Shown here: positions 49,861 to 60,348 of the stretch, in pieces
Layout: every line of letters begins with the position of its first letter
How positions within the stretch are numbered: position 1 is the stretch's first letter
DNA from: Phoronis australis
Taxonomy: Eukaryota; Animalia; Phoronida
Assembly (NCBI GenBank): GCA_002633005.1
Contig: NMRA01000726.1
Span: 114,638 to 178,637, forward strand
Direction: 5' to 3'
Length of the DNA stretch: 64,000 nt
The notes under the pieces: model-generated
What the model saw: the letters and a program-made list of their open reading frames with translations, nothing else
The model's database searches: none
Told to the model about the DNA's origin: nothing
Made by a program: the position numbers and the translations under genes

Positions 49861-52167
49861 AAGATCAAAGGGCAGGCAATAAGTGGCCTAAATCACAATT
49901 TAGTTTTTTCAACAAACCCCGGACTTGGTGAGTGTAGGTATAGGTAAAGCTTATCAGGGTGTGGGTAGATACAACAAAAGAGACATTAGCACAAGTGCTA
50001 CTTACAGATGGAAAATACATGCTTATAGAATTATTTACACAGAGGTACACATAGATGATACACATGCAAAAAACATACTATGTATACAACTAATACAAGC
50101 CTTAGTCAAAAACCTAATGGTTGAGTTGTAAATTTACTTCCAGTGAATTCTATGAGTCTCTGTTAGCCATGATCCATGAGAGTGAGCAATTGTATTTATT
50201 TTTTAAGTATTCCTGACAGAATTTGAAATGGGACCGTTTTATCCGACTATTACCACCACTCGCTAATGGGAAATTGCCCATTGGCTGAATGGTAAGCACA
50301 GTTGCCAGTTTTATCAGGGTTGCGGTTCGATACCCTGAGGTTGGATAACTACAATTGCCAACGCGATGCAACAAGACAGGACACAACATCGAAACGGTTC
50401 TGGCACATTGTAACATCTTATTGATGCAGGCAATTCGTTCCAGAGAAACATTTCAATTGAGACGTAATAATTTTATGGACTCGCCCTCATTCTCACTTGA
50501 TGATTTATTGCAGGTCAAGCGTCTGGAAGTCTACAACCTAATTCATGAGTTACTGGAACACTATCAAAATTAGACCTAATACACAACGAACGGTTACTAA
50601 CTAAGCCAGGTTACAAAACAATTGTCTGCTTTAGACCTTTGGCTTTAAACACGGAGCTCCAAACTCAGTAATGATAAATGATAAAATGAAATTATGCACT
50701 ACTACGTAATTAAGCCTTTACAACTGTAATCTTGAACACATTAAGAATTAGAAGGAATCACTAATTTTGTAATAGAAGATGCAAGGCAGGTAAATGTCGC
50801 TTGTATATTCGCTTTCAATCGCAGTCTGTTTCTGCACCAGCAAATGCCAGAATCAGAAAGAGGTCAAAGAGCTACATCCGGTAATACGCTATCTGGGCGC
50901 TAGATGTCGCGAGAGTAAAAAAGGTGTAGATGTGCTTCCGGTGAATTATATGAGCCTCTGTTAGCTACTCGTTAACGGGCAAATTGCCTATTAGCTGAAT
51001 GGTTAGCATGCTTGCCGGTTTTATGGGGGTCGCTGGTTCGATCCCCGGGTCGGGTAATCTCGGCTATTACTACAAAGGTAATTTTGCGACTGGGTCGCGT
51101 TGGCGTGCGTTCAGTAGACGCTAGGACCTAGCTAAAGCCTAGTCAAAGACACGTGTTCTAATTTTAAATGCACGGCAATGTCTCACATAATCTCGCGAAG
51201 TCTTGCTTTTTAGTGAGGTCCCCGCAAAAAGGCCACGCTTCTTTTCCTGCAAACGCGACCCTGAGTCGCAAAATTACCTTTTTTACTCTCGCGACATCTA
51301 GCGACTAGATAGCATTTTACCGGATGTAGCTCTTTGACCTCCTTCTGATTCCGGCATTTGCTGATACAGAAACACACTGCGATCGAAAGAGAATTTACAA
51401 GCGACATTTAACTGCATTGCGTCTTCTGTTACAAATTGAGTGATTGCTTCTAATTTTTAAAGTGTTCAAGATTAGAGTTGTAGAGCCATAATTACTCCGT
51501 AGTGCTTAATTTGTCATTTATCATTAGTTTGCAGCTCCGTGTTTAAAGGTCTAGAGTAGAAAATTGTTTTGTTACCTTGGTAACCGTTCGTTAGGTGTTA
51601 GTTTTCATAATATATAAGTGTTCTAGTTACTCATAAATTCAGTTTTAGACTTCCAGACGTTTGACCTGCGACAATTCATCGAATGACAATGAGGGTGAGT
51701 CCATAACATTATTGCATCTGTACTTTATGGCTAAGGCTCAATTGCGGTGGTTTCAACTTTTCTGAGAGAAAACTGTGAGCACCAGAACTGTTTCGATGTC
51801 ATGCCATGTCTTTAATGCATCATGTTGGCAATTGTATAGCTATAGCCAAGTTTACCCAAACACAGGGAATCGAACCGTGACTCCGATAAAACCTGCAAGT
51901 GAAGTGTGCTAACTAACAGAGACTCGTACAAATCTCCAGAAGCACGTTTACAACCATTTGGGTTTTGACTATATCTTCTTCTATACCTCTCTGTAAAAAT
52001 AAAATCTACATGTGTTATTAGCATTTGTGCTAATGTTTCTTTTGTTGTATCTACCCACACCCTGATTTATAATATACGCTTTACCTATACCTTCTCTTAC
52101 CAAGTCTGGGCTTTGTTGAAAAAACTAAATTGTGATTTAGGTCACTTATTGCCTGCCCTTTGATCTT
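49861..52167. repeat. Large diverged inverted repeat (arms ~49861-50925 and ~51277-52167)
   Basis: aagatcaaagggcaggcaataagtg at 49861 matches the reverse complement ending at 52167. Colinear matches continue (gcaggtcaa.cgtctggaagtcta; gagctacatccggtaa; gctagatgtcgcgagagtaaaaa) with many substitutions and indels. Confidence 0.9.
50983..51060 (+). ncRNA. tRNA-like Pol III A/B-box module (not a canonical tRNA); related copies at 50275-50350 (+) and ~51850-51915 (-)
   Basis: A box TAGCTGAATGG and B box GGTTCGATCCC at tRNA-like spacing; no clean cloverleaf. Confidence 0.6.
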
Positions 52168-52517
52168 GGAAGGAACTGACTTGGAAGTGTATAGTGGACA
52201 ATGTGTAAGCTTTTGCTCGGATGGTTATAAGTCTAACACTACAGTACAGTAAGGTACATTTCATCCTTAAAACCGGAAATGAAATTAAATATTGCCTTTT
52301 ATTTCTGTAAAACTCTTCCTTTCTAATATGGAACACTATTTTCATTACCAGCACATAACATAAGAAAACTTTAATGAGTAACTTGAGGAGTCATTCTTTT
52401 ATGAAGTAAAGTCTCTGATCAACCAAGTTCGTGGGCTTTGGAATTCTTTATTTCACACCTTTCAAAAGTTGACTGAAGTTTGTTAACAAAGTGATTTCTA
52501 TTTTCTTTTGTTGTTAG

Positions 52518-54669
52518 AGATGAACATCACAGGAAAGTATGATGCGGTAATTCTTCATGCGGGGACAAATGATATAGCGAAGAGACACCACCTGATGACG
52601 ACTGCATGCGACCATCAAGCATGGGATCTACAAGACAAGACAGATGTTTGACGTACCGATATTTTTATCATCCCTTCTGCCCCGCTTGGATAAGTAAGTA
52701 ATTGAATTTATTAAGTGGTGCTCCGGGACATACATTTGCTTTGTCATCACTAGTGCCATGTTGTCTTTGATGAAATATCCCAATACCAGAATGAGTCTGT
52801 CGATGAACATTGTAGTCTCGTCCACACAGCAGCTAGTGCAACTTACCCCAATTTTAAGTGCAGTGTTCACACACACCCACACACGCACGCACACATCCAA
52901 TTACTAGGGTAAGACGTAAGTTGTCGCTGTGTGCGTGACAGTGAGCAGTTGATTCAAATATTGGACACAAATGAAAACCCGCCTGTATGCAATCGCACAC
53001 GATAATTATTTCCATCTTGTCCCAGATTTGCTATCACCCAAGAATTTAGAAGTGGCACAAGGTACCTTAGCTAGAACAAAGTATCCTACCTCAAAATGAG
53101 AGTAAGTTGTCACTAGTTGCACTAGTTTGAATAGTGTCCATGGAGCCCTAAAATATATACACAACTCATTCCAGCTGTTACTTGTTCTATGATAAGTGTC
53201 TATTTGAAGGACACTTATGATTAATTGGACTACCTTTATAATTATTTAGTATCGCACTATTTATGGACTTAGGGAAACCGATTCTTTGTAAAGCAGTTGT
53301 ACAATGAAATCAAATTTTTACCTACACATTTATGTCATTAAGTTGTATTTGTCAGTATGTGTCATGTAAAGGTCAACAGTATTTTGTTGATAATTGGCCA
53401 ATCCAGCAAATACTGACTAATAACATGTAACTGTTCGTTCGTTTTACAGCTGACAGTCAGGTAAAGTTTTGTGTGACTGAATGAATACCTGCTAGTGCTT
53501 TACTATACCACACTGCATGCTGTGTCTATCCTTAAACTTCTTGCTTTTAATTAACTCCTTCATCCGGTGTGGGTTCTCCTTTTGCTAATAACCTGCATTA
53601 TTCCACATACATACGAGTGCGAGCTTGAGGCACGCCATCAAATTCAGATTCAATTTCTGGAAAGTATGTATTTCACTGGAGATCCACAATCCTCTTTATG
53701 TGCACAATCTCTAATGGAATAAAATCACATTTTGAACACTTGACCTTCCAAGACGTTTCTTGAAGACAATTTGAAATGACCTTTGATGTGTGTACCCTGG
53801 ATGAAATGGAAGAGCAGATGTGGTAACTGCAACTCAGTGTACACGATGACTTTCCTGTCCAAAATCTTGTAACTTGACTGCCATTAGTTATCATAATCTT
53901 TACTTCAACTGGAAAAGTCCTTTTTCATAGTGCATTCAATATAGGATATAGTTACTTTGTATTCATAAGTATGCATGATAACATATAATCTACTAGTAGC
54001 CCGCTGCTACATTCATCTGATCAATTCCTAGCATAGCTTAAGCTTCAATGACTTATTGTTTTAAGTTTCACAATCTCCATTCTAGTTCACAACATTCTCG
54101 ATATGCAATTTTTCATTTTGCTAGAGTTTTCTAAGTTTCCTCATTCACACATAATTGTGTTTGTTTTGAATTGATAGTGTCATTTTGCTTAAATTGTGTC
54201 TTGAGTTTGTATAGCCTGTTTCTTCATGTACATTTTGAAAGGCATGCAGCTGCAGCATACACATACAACCAAGACCATCTGGAGCCACTGGTTACGAAGA
54301 TGACACTGGCAACTTGTACTACGTGGATTACACGACATGCTTCGATAGATATCGACTTCGTCAACTTTTGTCAAGGTAATTCGTACTAAAACGAGAATTA
54401 TGTGTAAGTCGTGTGTGCATGGCTGCATAATATGTATTGCAAATGGTTTCAATGGGTACAGCCCTGGAATTTTTTGCCTTTTACCAATCTGTCCGATTTG
54501 CCTAACACATTCGTTATTACCTTTCAGAGAGGACGGACTTCATCCATCTAGGGAAGGGAACAGAGTTCTACATCGGTTTCTGAAGAAGACTGTGAGTGAG
54601 ACTTTAGGAAAGGACGGCAAATTTTACATGTGGACTGAGGAGGAATTTCCACCACTCTCTGATAATTAG
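52518..54669 (+). pseudogene. Spliced SGNH/GDSL-like hydrolase pseudogene (exons 52518-52693, 54215-54375, 54528-54669)
   Basis: Hand translation gives KYDAVILHAGTNDIA (block III) ... PIFLSSLLPRLD | LFLHVHFERHAAAAYTYNQDHL ... NLYYVDYTTCFDRYRLRQLLSR | EDGLHPSREGNRVL (block V, DxxH). Both introns are GT-AG and phase 2. One frameshift is needed in each of the first two exons. Confidence 0.75.
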
Positions 54670-54725
54670 TGAGTATTCTTGTGTAACAGGAGTGCCCTGG
54701 ACATGATTATGTAAGTAAGATATAT

Positions 54726-54739
54726 GCGCCCTCTAGTGG
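54726..54739 (-). promoter_or_regulatory. CTCF consensus match
   Basis: The minus strand reads CCACTAGAGGGCGC. Binding is not shown by sequence alone. Confidence 0.4.
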
Positions 54740-55162
54740 TCAAGCGGTGTATTACGTATGGAATTTTCCTATAGATGTTGAGTCCTTTGGACATGGCCAA
54801 ATATGGTCAGAAGCTAGGAGCTATGGGCCTCGCCCTTCAGATCGTGTCTGATTGGTTGAAATTGTGTACTTAAGCTTTGTCTCTGTCAGACACGAGGGGT
54901 CCAGTCGCAGAGTTCAAGAAGCAAACATTTACACCTTCACTCACACCAAATTGCAACTGTTTGTGCAGCTTTCGGGCTCCTCCCGAACTTGGTTGCCAAC
55001 AGTTTAGCCTCATGCAATTCTCGGGCTCCTCCCGAGCTTGATTGCATCTCACCTTTCGGATCTGAATAACCAAATTGCCCCGTTCTTGCACACACAACTA
55101 TTAATCAGCGACTGGCTTGCCCGTGTATCAGAACTGTATAAATCACAACGCTGCGATACTAA

Positions 55163-55436
55163 NNNNNNNNNNNNNNNNNNNNNNNNNNNNNNNNNNNNNN
55201 NNNNNNNNNNNNNNNNNNNNNNNNNNNNNNNNNNNNNNNNNNNNNNNNNNNNNNNNNNNNNNNNNNNNNNNNNNNNNNNNNNNNNNNNNNNNNNNNNNNN
55301 NNNNNNNNNNNNNNNNNNNNNNNNNNNNNNNNNNNNNNNNNNNNNNNNNNNNNNNNNNNNNNNNNNNNNNNNNNNNNNNNNNNNNNNNNNNNNNNNNNNN
55401 NNNNNNNNNNNNNNNNNNNNNNNNNNNNNNNNNNNN
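55163..55436. other. Assembly gap
   Basis: Run of 274 Ns. Confidence 1.
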
Positions 55437-56219
55437 ATGCGAAAAATGCCCTTACCTACAGTTCTAACGTCTCCAATTTATCAATTGAAAGATCCGACAG
55501 CCTGAATTTGTAACGGACCACGAGCCTCACCGTTATGTCCGTATACACTTCAAACTTACGCCGCGATTCAAAAAGAACGCAGAAGTTTTGCTGCTCTTGC
55601 GAGGGATGTGCGTACTTGTCAAAGAGCGGGATTGCATTGTTTCTTTCCAGTACAGATCTTCTCCGACCTCAAACTTCTTTGTGCATGTGAAAACCGTGAA
55701 TCGAAGACTAATAAAAAAAACTCGACCAGTGTTAGCACGCGACCAAGAGGCGCGCGCTGCATAATGTACCGACTGTCATCGAAGATTAATCGGGTAACAT
55801 GGCATCGGCAAATAAATATTGGCACTAATTTCCGAAAGTTTCCAATACCGTAAAAAGCTTCTGCATTATTTTTAAGAGAAATTATTTAACTAATCATAAT
55901 TGGTGTTTTTAAGGTCAAAATGACCCACTTCGCACCCTTACACCCCAAATCTTCCGGGAAATAGCTGTTACGTACACTACGGTCACGCATCCACTCACTC
56001 GGCGACTCAATGAGTGACATGTCGGTCTTACCGAAAAAATTCTCGAATGTTTTTAGCAGATGAGGCCAGCAAGTGCTAAGTCGTAAATATTAAAACACGC
56101 TCTGCTTGACTGCTTGACTTATTTTNCAGGCTCACTGGGCCAGTTACTAGCCCGGTTTCTGTCTCTTGTGAAGATGTCTTTCCGAGTTCCTCCGGCTGGG
56201 ATTCAAGTACATCACACCG

Positions 56220-56345
56220 TTAATCATCATCTGACTTAATTTTATCACTCTCTTTGACATTCTCACAGTTTTGGCAGTTGCACATTTCAGTGCATTTTAG
56301 TCCAGCATTTACACAAGAACAAATGTTTGTTTAACAACAATTCAC
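56220..56345 (-). pseudogene. Cys-rich CXC/Cys8 zinc-finger relic resembling the C-terminus of Academ (XPG-type) transposon proteins
   Basis: Minus-strand translation NCC*TNICSCVNAGLKCTEMCNCQNCENVKESDKIKSDDD*. Confidence 0.6.
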
Positions 56346-57212
56346 TCTGATTCCGTTTTGGACAAAGGAATTGTAGAATAGGGTAAATTATCTGTTATTT
56401 CAATTTCAGATTTCCAGTTCGGACACATACATTACAACCTCTTTTTGGACAAAGTTTCCTCGAGGAGTGAAATTAACACAGTCAAATGCTCAAATGGTAC
56501 TGGCACGAACATAAACCAGCTTGAGTTGGAAACAAAACCTCCAGGCACGAAAGACTACAATAATGAGACAAAGAAAAAATGTGCACCTAATTATTTATGT
56601 GAATTAGCCTCGAAACTGAAAATCTACTTACTTGTCGGGAGCCGCGAAGTCGGGTTCCTCTTCCACAGATTGTACAGTAACAATGATTTGAATTATGTAT
56701 TTGTATTTCTAAATAAGGATTCCCCTAACATGTGACCATAGCATATGAAATCGAGTAATTGTTTCCCAACAGCTTTCTGACAGCAAACACTGAATTAGCA
56801 TGTGCTCACTCGGCCTCGGTGCCCGGTCAATGGCCCTTGTTGCAGGCATCAAAAGCCTGTAACGCAGTGGTTAATTCATTGCTGGCTTCTCAACATTTGC
56901 ACTCATGAATACTGCAAAGGCATTACAAGTTGTATTTTATGATACATGCTTTGTTTCAGTTTCATATAAGCATTGGTTAGGATGAGAATAATTCATTTTG
57001 AAACAGAACGCAGAATAAAAAACGTCTACATGGCAACTCGCCTGGCACCAATCCCGACTTATTCAAGAGCTCATCCGACGAAGACTTCACGGGTCGGATC
57101 GTTAGGTTTCACAGGCTATCAGCTCGAACCGGAATACACTGATCAAGAAATACTCAGAGATGCGCCATGAACATGCAGAGGCAAAGGAACGTATGGATAG
57201 TTTTTTGGTACG

Positions 57213-57395
57213 TCAGAATTCGTCAGAGAAATCACAGACACGGAGATGTTTCACGGCCTCATACTTGCTATTAACAGCGTACCTTTCATTCTTCACTACT
57301 GGAAGCCACTTCCTAAGCATTTCGGGCTCACGCGGTAGTCGACCGTATAAGAGGCTGTGTAGATATAGACCGGTTAAGACGGTAAAAAAGACCAA
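57213..57395 (-). pseudogene. Possible decayed THAP domain (transposon relic)
   Basis: RLPREPEMLRKWL.VVK......HLRVC resembles THAP (F/L)P...R..W...RVCxxHF, but the N-terminal Cys pair and the HF are missing. Confidence 0.35.
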
Positions 57396-59313
57396 TTAAA
57401 TCGGGTGGCATTCTCCTTTAACTCTTTCTGAATGAGAAAAGCCAAGTTTTTTTAGTCGTTTACTATACTTTTATGCAAAATGGTGGCTGAAGTTTGTTTC
57501 AATCTCTGTCGCCTGCTGTCTGGGAAACCGAATGCCATTTCAGATGGCAGTCAAGCAGTTCGAAATTGCCAAGCGGTTATCCAGTAAGGGGCATATTGTG
57601 GCCACAATTATAGAATCTAGAGAGAACAGCCATTCTGAATCTGTGGTCAGATTTTTTCTAGCACTTGCAGAAAACTGCCAAATTTGGGAGTTTTGATCCT
57701 ATTTTTCTATACCGGGACTTTTGTCGATGTGAATTAACCGTTTAAAAATATGTGGCATAATTTAGATTAAGTTGTCTTGAGTAGTGTTTGTGAGTTGAGA
57801 ATACTTCAAAACCTGGATATTTTCAGACTCCGGATAAGGACGTGAGTAAAGAACTCATCTCTACTTAGGTGTGCGTCGGCACCCAAAACCCTGTGACAAC
57901 TGTGTGCCACCGTCTGCTGCCTCCTCTCTGTCGGAGGTACGTATTGACTGTAATCTTGTCTTTGATTGGACATAATTAAGAGCGCGGTCAAATATCAATT
58001 ATACGCGTTGAAGTAACACAGAAAGAGCACCAAAACTGGAGTTAATAAGTGATTCAACGCGTTGACTAGGCACGTGCGCATGTTGATTAAGCAACTGTGC
58101 GCGTCGAATAAACACATTTCAACGCACAGAAGGTATTCATTTCACTATCCCAGCACAAAGGTTAACATTACAAATCTTGCCATCTTTATCTGGATACAGT
58201 TCGCGCTACTGTATGCCTAGGCACAACAAGAGGGCTTCCAACAATGGGTAGGACTTCAAAGTCAGTCGGCTGAACTGCAAAACCAAATGGTCTGTGATCA
58301 ACCTGGTGTCCAAACTCCAAAACACGATGACGTCACCCAACAAAACTAGTTGGCCTGTGCTATAACCAGTTGGCGGGTGGTCAAACATAACGGTCCGACA
58401 TCCTCAAACACTCGTTTGAATTTGAATGTCTCGAAGGTGTTCAAGTGACATCTAGTGTTCATTTTTGTACCCGTTTGTTTGTTTTGTTCAAACTCGTCGA
58501 TCTATTCTACCATTGTGCTTGATGACCGGCCATCCCCTTTTAAGTCCGGCCATCTAATTCTAAGGTACCGGCCGACCTGTTTTGAGGTTCGTCCACCAAG
58601 TTAGAACCTTGGCCATTGGGATTTGCAGTCCAGCCAGATGGTTTTGAAGTCCGGTCAAAAGCTTTTGACTAAGTTCGACCCATTGTTGGTTCCCTTTTTT
58701 TCTGAAGGCCTTCTCGTACAAGCGCAAATAGAACCAATAGTCAACTTGCTTCCGATCACAAGGCGAGGGTATTGCACAGGTTTCTCAACTAATAATTTTA
58801 TCAAACATTCCAGAACAGATTCAAACTGGCTCTCTGTTTATATCATAAATGTCAGAAATACCAACAGCAGTAACGTCTACTCTCTCTAGGCAAAATTGTT
58901 AGAACTCTTGACCGACCGAAACAAATGCTTCCACTGTCCGTTGCACCAATACAAAAAGCGACAATCGCACTGTGAGACTGGCAGGGGTTTAACGTTCGAC
59001 TTTGCACTCTCAGAAAGATGCAAAAGGTGAAATTGAAGAACGTTTCTAATAAATACATATGTCAGTGGACCCACGAATACCAATGTTGTCAGAGGTCGAA
59101 GGTCAGCTAGGACAATTCTGCTCTCCCTACGTCCATCTCTCCTGGGTAATGCCAGATATGGATTGCTCCATAATTGTGTCGTAATTTCTATATGACCAGG
59201 GGGCTACGAGAGACATCTTTTCCACCATCAAGTGTAATAATTCATTGGAGTAAAACGGCAAAAACATTTCCGTCTGAGGAATGAGCACAGAGCACTTCGT
59301 GTCTTTTTCAAAC

Positions 59314-60348
59314 TTACGTTGTGTGAGAAATCGCGTACATCGATGTCCGTACCTCGTGATTTTCACGTGTTTTTCTGAAACAGTGAGGCTTAGTACGGCA
59401 TAGCAGTTGAGCTAACTCTTTCCTGAATCCTGGACTGCCAATACAGTACAAGACGAAATTTACACTATGATTCACGTTGATCAACAAAAAAGCGACTGTT
59501 GCCAACACAGAATTTCTTGTAACGTTGTATAGTCCAATAAAAACAGCAATCGTGTATGGCACAAGAGCTGTTGTGAAAGTCACTGATACAAGGATCAACA
59601 TCATTGTGAGTTGGCGCTGTTTCGTCAAGGCTTGTGATTTGTGGGAATCCTGTGTTGAGCTCGACATCTGCACACGTTTTGTCGTTGCTACATATGTCTT
59701 GCATATTATGACAGCATTCATGATGATAAGAAAACATACAGGAATGATAGTAAACAGGCAAGCTTCAAAAATGTTGTAAAACTTGGCAACATCATCGGGT
59801 ATGTCGTAGTATGGCTCGTTGACACAATCTGTTCCGTTTGCATTTATGTCTGGTCGAACGTAAACCAAGTACGGCATGCAGATGAGTAGCGACGAAACGC
59901 CTATAATTAGGGACACTGTAATAGCTCGATGAACTGTAAAATTAGATCTCACTGTTAAAGGTATCACAACCGCGGCGAAACGCTCGAAGGTCAAGGCCAC
60001 AACTGTCCACACTGAAGCAAAGGACAAAGCAGCTGAAATAAATACGCTTACTGCGCATGCCATATACGTCCATTTTGGAAAGGGGACGTATACAACGAGA
60101 TGACCCAGGACACAGAAGGTGTCTAGAAACGAGATGACGCTGAGATAAAAGGAAATCGTGTGCGTCCTCCAGCTTCGTCTTAAAACCAGAAAGGACAACG
60201 TGTTGCCGACGATCGCGACTGCGCATAATGCACACTGAGTGTACAAATTGACATTGGCCACAAATTCTACTTCTTCTCGTCCTTTTTCTTCATCTTCTTT
60301 TGTTGTATTTAATGTAACGTCCCACGCTTCATCAGGATAGAAAAGCAT
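59314..60348 (-). CDS. Class A (rhodopsin-like) GPCR, orphan/peptide-receptor type (FMRFamide-R/GPR139-142-like), single coding exon
   Basis: Seven hydrophobic segments with GNTLSFLVL (TM1), FLDT (TM2), ALTFERFAAVVIP (TM3), IIP...MNAVI (TM5), ALVP (TM6) and NHSVNFVLYC..SPGFR (TM7/H8). The ORF is open from 60459; the second Met (60348) follows an acceptor-like aatcag and is the likelier start. Confidence 0.9.
   Translation of the reverse strand: MLFYPDEAWDVTLNTTKEDEEKGREEVEFVANVNLYTQCALCAVAIVGNTLSFLVLRRSWRTHTISFYLSVISFLDTFCVLGHLVVYVPFPKWTYMACAVSVFISAALSFASVWTVVALTFERFAAVVIPLTVRSNFTVHRAITVSLIIGVSSLLICMPYLVYVRPDINANGTDCVNEPYYDIPDDVAKFYNIFEACLFTIIPVCFLIIMNAVIICKTYVATTKRVQMSSSTQDSHKSQALTKQRQLTMMLILVSVTFTTALVPYTIAVFIGLYNVTRNSVLATVAFLLINVNHSVNFVLYCIGSPGFRKELAQLLCRTKPHCFRKTRENHEVRTSMYAISHTT

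Noticed and set aside
53673-53894. 73-aa minus-strand ORF inside the SGNH intron
   Set aside because: No recognisable domain; cannot be told apart from chance.
55038-55505. 155-aa and 116-aa ORFs
   Set aside because: They are open only because they cross the N gap.
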